A stretch of DNA of 64,000 nucleotides from an uncultured Gammaproteobacteria bacterium (lineage in GTDB: Bacteria > Pseudomonadota > Gammaproteobacteria > GCA-001735895). This document shows, piece by piece, positions 19,878-29,831 of the stretch. Both the position numbers and the translations under genes were made by a program. Where the stretch lies: assembly GCA_937894085.1 (NCBI GenBank), contig CALCSG010000430.1:97-64096 (forward strand), in the 5' to 3' direction. Within the stretch, counting starts at the first letter, position 1. Each line of letters opens with the position of its first letter. Below the pieces are notes generated by a model. The model saw only the letters and a program-made list of their open reading frames with translations. It did not search any database and was not told the origin of the DNA.

Positions 19878-21241
19878 TAGCGTTTCCTCCGTACCAGCCA
19901 GATGCGGATGCCTGAACCCAGTAACCCAAGCGGTAAAACAAACAAAAAGAAAGTGGCAATAAATAACTGATGCATTGGTGATAGCTCCAGTTGAGTATCG
20001 ATGGCCTTACGCGGAGAAATAGCGATTAAATTATCATCGTGACTTAACCAGTCCAGCATATTAAGACCGAGGGCCTGATTGCTACCATTACCCAGATACT
20101 GGTTAGATAAAAAATCCGAGTCACCGGTAACCACAACGCGCTGAGTAAATAGCTCGCCATCTTCTTTTTGCAGACTTCGCGTCAGGCTTAAACCTATAGT
20201 AAGAGGGCCGAACTGTTCACCGGGGTTATCACCCTGAGTAATCTGTCCTGCCAGTTCGCCAGTTTCATTCCAGGTTCTTTCATGAGTTGCAATTACAGGT
20301 ACCGATTGCCAGTCACTATTCTCACCGAGGAATTCGATAGCCTGGGCCCTGGGGTATAAGGTGATACTATCTATAGCGGTGGTAATGGCATGCCGTGGAT
20401 AATCAGCGGCAAGCGCAAAATCTACCCTCTCAAGTCCTAATAATTGTGTGCTGGGGTCGACTATAATTCCAGGCAGGAATTCTATTTGTAGTATTTCTGC
20501 CAGGCTTTCAAGTTGTGTGTTTTCAGCTGGCTCGGTGAGCCATAATAGATTTCCACCAGATTCTACATATTGATTAATCAGCTTGAGTTCACCTTCCAGT
20601 AATGTAGTCTGAGGATCTGCAATGACCAGTACATCGGTATTGTCCGGTATGGCTGTTGTTTCGATCAGGTTTAAATTTTCTATGTGGAATCCTTTCTGGC
20701 TTAGTCGAGAGGCAAATATTTGCAGGTCATAATTAGCATCGGAAAAAGGCTTGCGTTCACCATGTCCCTGTAAAAAAACAACCCAGTTATTGCCTTGTCG
20801 TTGCAGTCGGGCAATTGCATTGGTGATGTTAGATTCATCTACCTGCAAGATATTTTCGCTTCGTCCATTTGCTTCAATAACCACCTCTCCATCACGCTGG
20901 ATATTAAATTTTCTTAACAGTTCAGGTGCCAGGTCCGGGTTAATACTCTGGTAATCAATTAACGGTTGTTGTTGCTGATAGCGTTGAAAAAGTTTGTCTA
21001 ATGTTTCTTTCTGTTCATTAATGGGAGAAATAAAGGCGGTGATTTTTAGTGGCTGGTTAATATTCTGCAACAGGCGTAAAGAGGCTGCGGAAAGACTGTT
21101 GCTCTGGTTTGCTGTCAGATCGATACTAAATTTATATTGCGTACTCAACCAGGCTAATACTCCGCTGAAAGCAATAAATAAAACAACAAAAAGACCCGAT
21201 TGAATCTTTAGTTGAAGATGAGTTTTTTTATTAATTTTCAT
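19877..21241 (-). CDS. GldG-like ABC-transporter auxiliary component
   Basis: 454 aa with N- and C-terminal transmembrane anchors and a large periplasmic domain. It sits downstream of the ABC-2 permease/ATPase pair. Confidence 0.65.
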   Translation of the reverse strand: MKINKKTHLQLKIQSGLFVVLFIAFSGVLAWLSTQYKFSIDLTANQSNSLSAASLRLLQNINQPLKITAFISPINEQKETLDKLFQRYQQQQPLIDYQSINPDLAPELLRKFNIQRDGEVVIEANGRSENILQVDESNITNAIARLQRQGNNWVVFLQGHGERKPFSDANYDLQIFASRLSQKGFHIENLNLIETTAIPDNTDVLVIADPQTTLLEGELKLINQYVESGGNLLWLTEPAENTQLESLAEILQIEFLPGIIVDPSTQLLGLERVDFALAADYPRHAITTAIDSITLYPRAQAIEFLGENSDWQSVPVIATHERTWNETGELAGQITQGDNPGEQFGPLTIGLSLTRSLQKEDGELFTQRVVVTGDSDFLSNQYLGNGSNQALGLNMLDWLSHDDNLIAISPRKAIDTQLELSPMHQLFIATFFLFVLPLGLLGSGIRIWLVRRKR

Positions 21242-21253
21242 GCTTTTTTATTC

Positions 21254-21444
21254 ACCACGAAGCCACGAAAGGCACGAAGAGTTGCTTGTAAAAGTGCAAG
21301 TTATTTTAAAATAATTTATCAACTGGAATTTCTTTAATATGAAAATCCTATGATTCCTATGTTGCTTACCATTCCAGTTAAATACAAAAACAGATGTTCT
21401 ACTGAATTTCATTTTTCCTTCGTGTTCTTGGTGACTTCGTGGTG
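21254..21444. mobile_element. MITE-like element, copy 1 (inverted termini CACCACGAAGCCACGAAAGGCACGAAGA / CCTTCGTGTTCTTGGTGACTTCGTGGTG)
   Basis: The two termini are about 80% complementary over 28 bp and flank about 135 bp of AT-rich non-coding DNA in an intergenic gap. A second copy lies at 49261-49868. Confidence 0.55.
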
Positions 21445-21471
21445 CATACTGGTTTTATAGGACCTTTATGA

Positions 21472-22209
21472 TTAGTGTTGTAAACGATCGCCATCCAGCT
21501 GACGTATCGTTAAACCGCAAAATAGAAAAATGATCAGCAGAAAATAACTGATATCTACCGAACTGAATACGCCTTCCAGTAGTGGTTGATGATGTGCTAG
21601 TAGTGACAGGTAATGAAACAGGGTTTGATCAGTGTTCCATTCTATAATCCATAACATTAATAGTGCCCCGAAGGTGCTAACAGCAGCAATAGTCTGGCTA
21701 TCAGTCAGGCTTGATAAATATAGACCTATAGCTGCAAAACTACCCAGTAACAGGATCATTCCGAGGTAGATGGAAAACAGTTTTCCAATATCCAGGCTGG
21801 TACCTGGCAGCAGGGATAAAGGCATCAGCATCAGCATACTGCTAAGGATTAATACGAAAAATAATAAACCCAGGTATTTTCCTAAAACCAGTTGAGTGAT
21901 CGAGATAGGGGCCGAAAAGAGCAGGTTGATGGTTTTGTTTTTCTTTTCTTCTGCAAGTGTTCTCATGGTAAGCAAAGGCATGATCATTAGCAGGATAATG
22001 GCAGCCAGTGAGAAAATAGGGGCAACGATAATATCAGTTACGCCAGGTGCATTTTCCAGTTCAATCAGTTGCGGTTGTAGCATGAAAAAATTTTCAATCT
22101 GCGCCAGGAACATCCGTCCCAGAATAGCCTGAATCACAGTCAATATGACCCAGGCCAGCGGGGATATAAACATGCTGGTGATTTCGCGTCGGGCAATTGT
22201 TAATATCAT
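21472..22209 (-). CDS. ABC-2 family transporter permease
   Basis: 245 aa with six hydrophobic helices. It overlaps the ATPase gene by 4 nt. Confidence 0.7.
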   Translation of the reverse strand: MILTIARREITSMFISPLAWVILTVIQAILGRMFLAQIENFFMLQPQLIELENAPGVTDIIVAPIFSLAAIILLMIMPLLTMRTLAEEKKNKTINLLFSAPISITQLVLGKYLGLLFFVLILSSMLMLMPLSLLPGTSLDIGKLFSIYLGMILLLGSFAAIGLYLSSLTDSQTIAAVSTFGALLMLWIIEWNTDQTLFHYLSLLAHHQPLLEGVFSSVDISYFLLIIFLFCGLTIRQLDGDRLQH

Positions 22210-23192
22210 GCTGCAGAAACCTCCAGTGTTGCAGAATCAGTTTCCTGCGGTGAATCTTCCGAGGTGGTTAATTCGACAAAAATTTCTTCCAGTGAGGAGT
22301 TTTGTGGAATCAATTCAAATAAACCCCAGTTATTTGTCACGGCCTGTTGAACCAGTTTTTCGGCAAAGCTTTGCTGATCGAATTGTATGTGAAAACGATG
22401 CGAGTCAATTTTGTTAATAAAACTGACCCCGCTGATTGATTCGAGTTCCTTTAATTCGGGGGGCGAGTTAAAAGCGACTGTCAGGTTATTACCCTGACCA
22501 CGTTGATTCAACTCATCGATACTCGCATGATAAATTAATTCCCCGCGTCGAATTATTTGCACACGGTCACAGGTGGCCTGTACTTCCGGTAAAATATGGG
22601 TGGATAAAATGACGCTACGATCCTGCCCAAGAGACTGAATCAGTTTTCGTATTTCACGCACCTGAATAGGGTCGAGACCAACAGTCGGCTCGTCCAGGAT
22701 GACCAGTGGTGGTTGATGAATGATGGCCTGAGCTATGCCAACCCGTTGCTGAAAACCTTTCGATAAATTACCGATGAGACGTTTTCCAACCTGTTCCAGG
22801 CCACAATGTTGTTTAGCATCATCTAATGCTGTCAGCAGCTGGGAAGAGGGTACCCGGTGCAGTCTGGCGCAGTATGTCAGGTATTCATCAACAGTGAGTT
22901 CACGATAAACAGGCGGGTTTTCAGGTAGATAGCCGATGCAGGATTTTGCCTGAATAGGCTGGTCAATCATGTCAAAGCCATTAATAGTTATTTGTCCTGT
23001 CGTGGGTGCCAGGTTTCCGGTAATCATTTGCATACTGGTCGATTTACCGGCACCGTTCGGCCCGAGAAAACCCAGCACTTCGCCTTTTTTCAATTTGAAG
23101 CTAACCTGGTTGACAGCCAGAGTATCGCCGTATCGACGCGATAATTTTTCTACCTGAACTAGCAGGTTATTATCATTTGATGGTGCTTCCAT
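22206..23192 (-). CDS. ABC transporter ATP-binding protein
   Basis: Walker A GPNGAGKST, signature LSKGFQQRV and Walker B ILDEPT are all present. Confidence 0.85.
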   Translation of the reverse strand: MEAPSNDNNLLVQVEKLSRRYGDTLAVNQVSFKLKKGEVLGFLGPNGAGKSTSMQMITGNLAPTTGQITINGFDMIDQPIQAKSCIGYLPENPPVYRELTVDEYLTYCARLHRVPSSQLLTALDDAKQHCGLEQVGKRLIGNLSKGFQQRVGIAQAIIHQPPLVILDEPTVGLDPIQVREIRKLIQSLGQDRSVILSTHILPEVQATCDRVQIIRRGELIYHASIDELNQRGQGNNLTVAFNSPPELKELESISGVSFINKIDSHRFHIQFDQQSFAEKLVQQAVTNNWGLFELIPQNSSLEEIFVELTTSEDSPQETDSATLEVSAA

Positions 23193-23502
23193 TTATATTC
23201 TGTATTTAACTAGGTGGCAGGATTTTACTGAGTATGGACGCGGTTTAAAAGCTCTCACTTTAAAACTTTCCTTTTTTATCCTCAGGTTTGGCTGATGATC
23301 ATGACTTTATTGAAGATGAAAGATTATGTTAAATATATTTCCTCTCGCAAAGGCGCAACGAACACTAAGTTAAGGCGACTAAAGTTTGTGGTTTAAAAAT
23401 CCTTTTCCCTCTTGCGTTCTTCACGGCTTTGCGAGATACAATATCCTTTCCTGGCGTTAGAAATAGGCTGAGGTTCGGGGAATGTAAGGGTGATTTTCCG
23501 TC

Positions 23503-23533
23503 AAAAAAAAACCGGCTAATGCCGGTCTTTTTC
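23503..23533 (-). terminator. rho-independent terminator downstream of rpmG
   Basis: Hairpin accggctaatgccggt. On the minus strand it is followed by a run of 9 T. Confidence 0.7.
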
Positions 23534-23560
23534 AGGATTATTTCAAGGCTTAATTAATAT

Positions 23561-23716
23561 TTACTTAATTTTGGCTTCTTTATAATCAACATGTTTACGA
23601 ACAACCGGGTCATACTTCTTCATGACCAGTTTATCTGGAGTAGTTTTTTTGTTCTTGTCGGTGGTGTAAAAGTGGCCAGTTCCTGCGGAAGATACCAGTT
23701 TGATTTTATCTCTCAT
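23561..23716 (-). CDS. rpmG: 50S ribosomal protein L33
   Basis: Manual translation gives [51 protein letters not shown] (51 aa). This ORF is absent from the supplied track. Confidence 0.85.
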   Translation of the reverse strand: MRDKIKLVSSAGTGHFYTTDKNKKTTPDKLVMKKYDPVVRKHVDYKEAKIK

Positions 23717-23735
23717 CTCTTTCTATCCTATTAAC

Positions 23736-23972
23736 TTAAACTTTTTCGCCGCGCTTACGCATATCGGCTAATACTGTTTCGATACCATTTTTATCGATGA
23801 TACGCATGCCTTTAGCTGAAACTTTCAGTTTAACCCAACGGTTTTCGGCTTCTACCCAGAATTTATGGGAATGCAGATTAGGCAGAAAACGTCTACGAGT
23901 TCTGTTATTTGCATGAGATACATTGTTTCCAGCAACAGGTTTCTTACCTGTAACTTGGCATACTCGGGACAT
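23736..23972 (-). CDS. rpmB: 50S ribosomal protein L28
   Basis: [33 protein letters not shown].., 78 aa. The ORF has a spurious upstream extension to 24032. Confidence 0.9.
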   Translation of the reverse strand: MSRVCQVTGKKPVAGNNVSHANNRTRRRFLPNLHSHKFWVEAENRWVKLKVSAKGMRIIDKNGIETVLADMRKRGEKV

Positions 23973-24157
23973 GGTAAACTCCGAAAAATTGGTCAGATTG
24001 CACAAGGGCGCGAACTCTACCAGAACAAACATCAGGTTTCAAGCAGGTTAATGCTTATTTTACAGGGTATAGAATCATTAAAAATTGTGGGGTGCATAAT
24101 AAACCAGTTATGACCATAATAAGTAGCATAAACATAACTGAAATAGAACAAATAATG

Positions 24158-24511
24158 GATATAGTATTTATCAGAGATTTACAAATTGAAACGGTTATAG
24201 GTATCTATGACTGGGAACGTAAAATCAGGCAAACAATCAGTATCGATCTGGATATGGCTACCGATATAAAAAAGGCATCAACCAGTGATGCCATTGAAGA
24301 TACCCTGAATTATAAAGCGGTTGCCAAACGTTTGATTGCGTTTGTTACTGAGAGCGAATATGAGCTGGTAGAAACCCTGGCTGAAAAAATTTGCGATATT
24401 ATCTTAACGGAATTTAAAGTTCCCTGGGTCAAGCTCACTCTTCATAAACCGGGCGCGGTTAGTGGTTCCCGTTCTGTGGGAGTGATGATAGAGCGGGGCA
24501 ATAAAATCTAA
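24158..24511 (+). CDS. folB: dihydroneopterin aldolase
   Basis: MDIVFIRDLQIETVIGIYDWER is the conserved FolB N-terminus. The ORF starts upstream at 24092, but homology begins at 24158. Confidence 0.8.
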   Translation, partial: DIVFIRDLQIETVIGIYDWERKIRQTISIDLDMATDIKKASTSDAIEDTLNYKAVAKRLIAFVTESEYELVETLAEKICDIILTEFKVPWVKLTLHKPGAVSGSRSVGVMIERGNKI

Positions 24512-25005
24512 TGACTGCATTGGTGACCATAAGTCTGGGCAGTAACATAAATCCAGAATTTAATATCCGTCGGGCGATTAGTGAGTTAATACATAAGTTT
24601 GGAGAGTTAACGGCTTCCCCCGTCTATAAAACTGCAGCTGTGGGTTTTGCAGGAGAAGATTTTTTAAATCTTGTAGTGAGTCTGGATTCTAATTTTACAG
24701 TACATGAAGTGGCTCTCGAATTAAAAGCGATTGAAGACCGTATTGGTAGAGACAGATCACAGGCAAAGTTTTCAGCCAGATCTATCGATCTGGATTTGTT
24801 AACCTATGACAATCTTGTGCTAGATGAACCTGGCCTGCAGATACCTCGCAATGAGATTTTACAAAATGCTTTTGTATTAAAGCCTTTGAGTGATATACAT
24901 GAAAATGTTAAGCATCCACAATTAGGTGTTAGCTATGGTCAGTTATGGCAGGAAATGGAAGGTAGGGCGGACAGGATTGAGCCTTATAAAATGAACCTGA
25001 AGTAA
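24511..25005 (+). CDS. folK: 2-amino-4-hydroxy-6-hydroxymethyldihydropteridine diphosphokinase
   Basis: 164 aa with the HPPK fold. It overlaps the folB stop codon. Confidence 0.85.
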   Translation: MTALVTISLGSNINPEFNIRRAISELIHKFGELTASPVYKTAAVGFAGEDFLNLVVSLDSNFTVHEVALELKAIEDRIGRDRSQAKFSARSIDLDLLTYDNLVLDEPGLQIPRNEILQNAFVLKPLSDIHENVKHPQLGVSYGQLWQEMEGRADRIEPYKMNLK

Positions 25006-25129
25006 TAGTGACTGGATGTTAAGGTCAGTATTCATCAAATCCAACGATATTTTCGAACTTTTCTGATGAAAGAAGAGCAGAGTTGTTTATTTAGGCTATA
25101 AGTTTAGAAAAAATAAGGAATGTTCCTCT

Positions 25130-26383
25130 ATGAGTTTAAATGGCCACAGGCGTTGGGAGTTATTAACATCTTTAATGACTGATGGATTTTATGTGCTGCA
25201 GGATTATCGCTTTGTTTATGTTAATGCAGCTTTTGAAAGAATAGTCGGTGTGCAGCCCGGTGAACTGATCGGTCAGAAATTTACTCGCTTTGTCCATCCT
25301 GACATGCGAGAACTTGTGCAAGCGCGTTATGAAGATCGGATTAAAGGTCGAGATGTCCCCAAACACTATGAAATAACTATATTAAAAGCCGATGGCAAAT
25401 CGAGTGTTGATGCCTGGTTCGAAATCGATATGGTTAAAGATGACAATCAGGAAATAGCCGTTGCCGGAACGGTCAGAGATATCGGGTCATTAAAATCTTT
25501 AAAAAATGAGCTGGATGATACCAAGGGCAAATTACACAGTATTATGGATAACATGTCTGATACGATTTATCAGACAAATATGGAGGGTGAAATCACGTTG
25601 ATTTCGGGTACCGTAGAGTCTTTGCTGGGATACACGGAACAGGAAATGCTAGGAACTCGAATGGCAGAGTATTACTGGTCACCTGAAGAAAGGGAAAAAG
25701 TAGTAAATGCTATCATGCAGAATAATGGTGTTATCACCAATGTTGAAGCTATTTTAAAGCGAAAAAATGGCAAGCCGGTGTGGATTTCAACGAATGCTTA
25801 TGTCAGGAAAAACTCAACAGGTGAAGCGCTTAGTATTGAAGGATTGGCACGGGATGTCACCGTTCAGAAAGAGCTGGAGCAGAAACTTGAAAAGCTCGCA
25901 TTAACGGACAGTTTAACCAGCCTGCCTAACAGGAGAGCATTAATGGATGAGTTGCATTTACGTTTCAGGGATGCCAAGCAGGAATGCACAGACCTGAGTT
26001 TGATTTTCTTTGATGTTAATGGATTTAAAAAGGTTAATGATCATTATGGTCATCTGGTCGGTGATAATCTGTTAAATCATATTGCGATAACGCTTAGAAA
26101 TCATGTATCCGGCAGGAGTATGTTTGGCAGGCTTTCAGGCGATGAATTTCTATTTATTCTGCCCGCATATGGGGTAGAAAAGGTACAGCAGTTTGCTTCT
26201 CAGGTATATGCTGATATCAAGGTGAAGTCCCTACAGATGCAGTCTCAGGAAATACCTTTTTCATTAGCTATCGGCATCAGTTGCCTGAAAGATGATGATA
26301 AAAATGAATACAGTTTGCTGGATAGAGCTGATAAAGCCATGTTTCTGGCAAAAAGAGTTGAGCAAAAATTTGAATTACTGTGA
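25130..26383 (+). CDS. PAS-domain diguanylate cyclase (GGDEF domain, SGDEF variant)
   Basis: Two PAS-like modules precede a GGDEF domain. The active-site motif reads RLSGDEF, and the RxxD I-site is absent. Confidence 0.8.
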   Translation: MSLNGHRRWELLTSLMTDGFYVLQDYRFVYVNAAFERIVGVQPGELIGQKFTRFVHPDMRELVQARYEDRIKGRDVPKHYEITILKADGKSSVDAWFEIDMVKDDNQEIAVAGTVRDIGSLKSLKNELDDTKGKLHSIMDNMSDTIYQTNMEGEITLISGTVESLLGYTEQEMLGTRMAEYYWSPEEREKVVNAIMQNNGVITNVEAILKRKNGKPVWISTNAYVRKNSTGEALSIEGLARDVTVQKELEQKLEKLALTDSLTSLPNRRALMDELHLRFRDAKQECTDLSLIFFDVNGFKKVNDHYGHLVGDNLLNHIAITLRNHVSGRSMFGRLSGDEFLFILPAYGVEKVQQFASQVYADIKVKSLQMQSQEIPFSLAIGISCLKDDDKNEYSLLDRADKAMFLAKRVEQKFELL

Positions 26384-26386
26384 TGA

Positions 26387-27082
26387 TTAAATAAGTAACT
26401 GAGCAATAACTGTCACACCCAGTCCTAAAGTCAATAATCCGATTCCAGTCTGTAAACCATTATGCATCCAGGTGAGTCCATTCGCGGAAGCACGTAACGG
26501 TATCGCGATAATGGCTGAGATGATGGCCATACCAAGCATCGAACCGAACCCGAATAGCAACATGTAAAGCATACCTGCCCACAGAGAATCAATGGTCTCC
26601 ATGGTGATCAGAATTAATGCAGCTGACCCAGCCATTCCGTGCATAAAGCCGATAAACAGGGTTCTAAAGGGAAATTTCTGATTGTGGCTATGCTGATGAG
26701 TGCTTTGTTGGTGATTGCTTTCGCCATTATGTGAGTGGGCGTGAAAATGGGCATCAGGTTTATTATGCTGATGCTGATGAAAGTGCACCCGATCCCTGAT
26801 GACCCGACGTAATACATCCAGGCCGAGCGCAATCAGCATAAAACCAACAGCAATTTCCAGGTAGTTAGCCAGCTGTTCAGGTATCACCGTATCCATCCAG
26901 ATTACCATCGAACCAAACAGGAATAACGTTGTAGTATGCCCAAGTCCCCACACCAGGCCATGTTTAATAGTGGAATGTATGGAATTTTGTTGAGTGGAAA
27001 TGGCCGCAACAGCAGCCAGATGATCGGCATCCATGGCATGCCGCATGCCAATTAGAAAACCTAGAATTAATAAGCTGATCAT
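26387..27082 (-). CDS. putative Ni/Co-type metal transporter with His-rich loop (NicO/RcnA-like)
   Basis: Six transmembrane helices. An HAMDADH motif lies in TM1, and the central loop is His-rich (HFHQHQHNKPDAHFHAHSHNGESNHQQSTHQHSH). Confidence 0.45.
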   Translation of the reverse strand: MISLLILGFLIGMRHAMDADHLAAVAAISTQQNSIHSTIKHGLVWGLGHTTTLFLFGSMVIWMDTVIPEQLANYLEIAVGFMLIALGLDVLRRVIRDRVHFHQHQHNKPDAHFHAHSHNGESNHQQSTHQHSHNQKFPFRTLFIGFMHGMAGSAALILITMETIDSLWAGMLYMLLFGFGSMLGMAIISAIIAIPLRASANGLTWMHNGLQTGIGLLTLGLGVTVIAQLLI

Positions 27083-27117
27083 TTGCTATTTTAAGTCGAT
27101 AACATTCAGGTTTATGG

Positions 27118-28173
27118 TTATGTTAATAAGCCGTGCAAAGTAGAAATCAGAGTTTGCATTTCTTCATCGGTACCGATAGTGATACGCAGGTAATTATCGA
27201 TTCTCGGTTTGTTGAAATAACGTACCAGTACACCAGCCTGCTTTAATTCGGCATAAAGTTGCTGAGCGCCCCTTGTTTGATGGGTAACAAAAATAAAATT
27301 AGCGGCAGAAGGTAATACGGTAAACCCTAATTTCTGTAAATCTTCAGTCGCCTTTTTCCGTGTTTGAATGATTTTCTGGCAGCTTTGCTGAAAGTAGGGT
27401 TCATCCTTGATGGATGCAACGGCTGCAACCTGTGCCAGAGAATCTACAGGATAAGAGTTAAAAGAATTCTTGATGCGGTTGAGTCCATCAATTAAGGCTG
27501 CATGACCTACGGCATAACCCAGTCGCAATCCGGCCATACTCCTGGATTTGGAGAATGTCTGTATCACCAGCAAATTGTCGTACTTTTTAGTTAAAGGAAT
27601 GGCTGTTTCACCACCAAAATCGATATACGCCTCATCAATAATGACCACTGAAGAACTTTCCCTGCATATTTTTTCAATATCTGAAAGTGGCATTAAAATG
27701 CTGGTAGGTGCATTCGGGTTGGGAATAATAATGCCACCATTGTCTATATTGTAATCTGCACTGTTGATAGTGAAATTTTCATTGAGCGGAATGGTAGTCG
27801 ATTCAATTTCATACAGGCCGCAATATACCGGGTAAAAACTGTAACTCAAATCCGGAAACAACAGGTTTTTTTGCTGTTTGAAAAAAGCCTGAAAGCTATG
27901 AGCAAGTACTTCATCGGAGCCATTGCCAACAAAAATATTTTCTTTTTGCAGGTTAAAACGGAATGCCAGTGCTTCCCGCAGTAAGGTCGATTCAGGGTCC
28001 GGGTAGAGTTTTAGTTTGTCCTTTTTATAGCTATCTATTGCCTGTATGGCTTTTGCTGAAGGAGGATAAGGGTTTTCATTGGTATTGAGTTTGACATATT
28101 GCTGATCTTGCGGCTGTTCGCCGGGAATATATGGATCGAGTTTATTAACAATATCTGTCCAGTACTGACTCAT
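27118..28173 (-). CDS. hisC: histidinol-phosphate aminotransferase
   Basis: LNTNENPYPPS motif and PLP-lysine region TFSKSRSMAGLRLGY. 351 aa. Confidence 0.8.
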   Translation of the reverse strand: MSQYWTDIVNKLDPYIPGEQPQDQQYVKLNTNENPYPPSAKAIQAIDSYKKDKLKLYPDPESTLLREALAFRFNLQKENIFVGNGSDEVLAHSFQAFFKQQKNLLFPDLSYSFYPVYCGLYEIESTTIPLNENFTINSADYNIDNGGIIIPNPNAPTSILMPLSDIEKICRESSSVVIIDEAYIDFGGETAIPLTKKYDNLLVIQTFSKSRSMAGLRLGYAVGHAALIDGLNRIKNSFNSYPVDSLAQVAAVASIKDEPYFQQSCQKIIQTRKKATEDLQKLGFTVLPSAANFIFVTHQTRGAQQLYAELKQAGVLVRYFNKPRIDNYLRITIGTDEEMQTLISTLHGLLT

Positions 28174-28273
28174 GCGAAATTCCAGAAATAATGAGTTAAC
28201 AAAGTGCCAATGTTAACCTATTAGCGATCTCAGGTCGCATGGTTAGTGTGATAACATCCTGTTATTGTTTTAT

Positions 28274-28454
28274 ATGGCTCTGTATGAAAATAAGGTAATA
28301 TCGTCATTCCCGCATGCTTTTAGCGGGAATCCATTAATAACGTAGTAAATATTTTAAAAAATGCCATATCTGTAATGGATTCCGGCTTAAAGCATGCCGG
28401 AATGACAGTAGTTTTGGTATCGAGTGGTTTTACCTGATTTTCATACAGAGCCAT
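28274..28454. repeat. palindromic MITE-like element with inverted arms ATGGCTCTGTATGAAAATAAGGTAA / TTACCTGATTTTCATACAGAGCCAT
   Basis: Two inverted ~70-bp halves, each holding a GCGGGAATCCATT-type hairpin, flank a ~35-bp AT-rich centre. The right arm supplies the last 5 codons and the stop of the 28441-28866 gene. Confidence 0.6.
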
Positions 28455-28866
28455 TTTGTTTTATTTCCGGGAACACCAGGTGCAGAGCCTCATAAAAGAT
28501 ATCAAGTTCGTTATCCTGTACGCCATCAATATCAATTAACTGATTTAGCTTATTCATAAAATTCATACGTAAAGCAGGATCCTGTTTTAAATAGTGATTA
28601 ACCGTTTGCAAGTCAGTATGCGGGTCTGAAGCCGATGACTTTGCAGCCTGGTAAAGATACTCTATCTGTTCATCATTAAGTTCAAACTGATGCTTTAGAA
28701 TTGTAGCGAACTTGTGTTTTGCTTTGCTACTCTCCTGTTTGTCAGCGTTAATTAAGTGAAATAATACGGAGGCAAGAGCACTGTGCAGCGCTTCATCCTG
28801 CGGGTTGTTAAAAATCAGGCTTTCCTTTCCAAGTGAGTCAAACCAGTGTTTAAATGATTCAAACAT
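28441..28866 (-). CDS. TerB-like domain protein (hypothetical)
   Basis: 141 aa with two ADxxxSxxE/DGxxxxxE-like half-motifs, resembling TerB/DjlA-N helical domains. Confidence 0.4.
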   Translation of the reverse strand: MFESFKHWFDSLGKESLIFNNPQDEALHSALASVLFHLINADKQESSKAKHKFATILKHQFELNDEQIEYLYQAAKSSASDPHTDLQTVNHYLKQDPALRMNFMNKLNQLIDIDGVQDNELDIFYEALHLVFPEIKQNGSV

Positions 28867-29021
28867 AACAGGGTCCTCTCCGTTATCTGATGTAAGTAAG
28901 AATATATGGCCTTACCTTTACCTGTATTTAGTATATTCCTGTAAGTCATATGTAGTATTGATTTGCGTCAAATCATAATGAAAACAACAGGGTTGCTGAG
29001 CGACCGGGTTAAAGGGAAGAA

Positions 29022-29831
29022 TTATCGTTTAGTACTGAATACCTCCATCCAGCAATCGTTTAAAAGCGATAAAACTCCCCGGTATTTTGTTAAATTATCC
29101 AGTTCAAGGCTATTTTGCGGCGTGCAATAGCAATCCAGTAAATAGCGGCTGTGTGACTGCTGATATTGCCCGGCATTACAGATGGTGGCCAGGTCCCAGT
29201 AGGGTGAAGCCATTGATGAGTATTCCCAGTCTATCATCCATAATTTATTATTGTTATCGAGTAACAGGTTTTTTTCGTTCAGGTCATTATGCGATGGAAC
29301 AGGGCTTTCCTGCCCAGGCTCCAATGTTTTTACTAAACACAGGGCCTGTTCTAAACGTTCTTTGAAATGGTTTTGCTGTTGTTTATTCATCAGGCCAAAA
29401 AATTGGCTTAATAATTCCGGCAGATTTACCTGCCCCTGAAATGTATGCTTGCAACGGTGCAGTTGTTGTAAGTTTATTGCCAGTAGATGGATGATATTCT
29501 TTTTTTTGAGGTCAGATGGTGTCAGTGTTTTACAATTTGGAACTGTCTGTGTCAGGCTTTCGCCCTGTTCACTTTGCCATAAGCATAGTGGTGATAATCC
29601 GAGTGTAAAGGCAATGTTTTCATTCTTTATTTCAGCTTTACGATTGATGTATTTGCTGGTTTCTGTGCGTGGAATTCGCAATATTACATCAAGGTTGTGA
29701 TTTTTCAGGCGGAAGTTTTTATTACTGTGGCTGATTAATTCGGTGATTTCGAATTCTTCCGGGCGGTAACTGGCGAGAACCGGGATACGGTGAAATATAT
29801 TGTTAAGGTATTCTGTCAGGCTTGTTGTCAT
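29022..29831 (-). CDS. APH/choline-kinase-fold phosphotransferase, ThiK-like (putative thiamine kinase)
   Basis: Brenner motif HNDLNEKNLL plus WMIDWEYSSM. 269 aa, about the size of E. coli ThiK. It overlaps the thiQ stop by 4 nt. Confidence 0.55.
   Translation of the reverse strand: MTTSLTEYLNNIFHRIPVLASYRPEEFEITELISHSNKNFRLKNHNLDVILRIPRTETSKYINRKAEIKNENIAFTLGLSPLCLWQSEQGESLTQTVPNCKTLTPSDLKKKNIIHLLAINLQQLHRCKHTFQGQVNLPELLSQFFGLMNKQQQNHFKERLEQALCLVKTLEPGQESPVPSHNDLNEKNLLLDNNNKLWMIDWEYSSMASPYWDLATICNAGQYQQSHSRYLLDCYCTPQNSLELDNLTKYRGVLSLLNDCWMEVFSTKR

Noticed and set aside
23193-23500. Possible degenerate MITE terminus or sRNA (tcttcacggctttgcgag) between the ABC ATPase and rpmG
   Set aside because: It has only loose resemblance to the inverted terminus, with no paired end.
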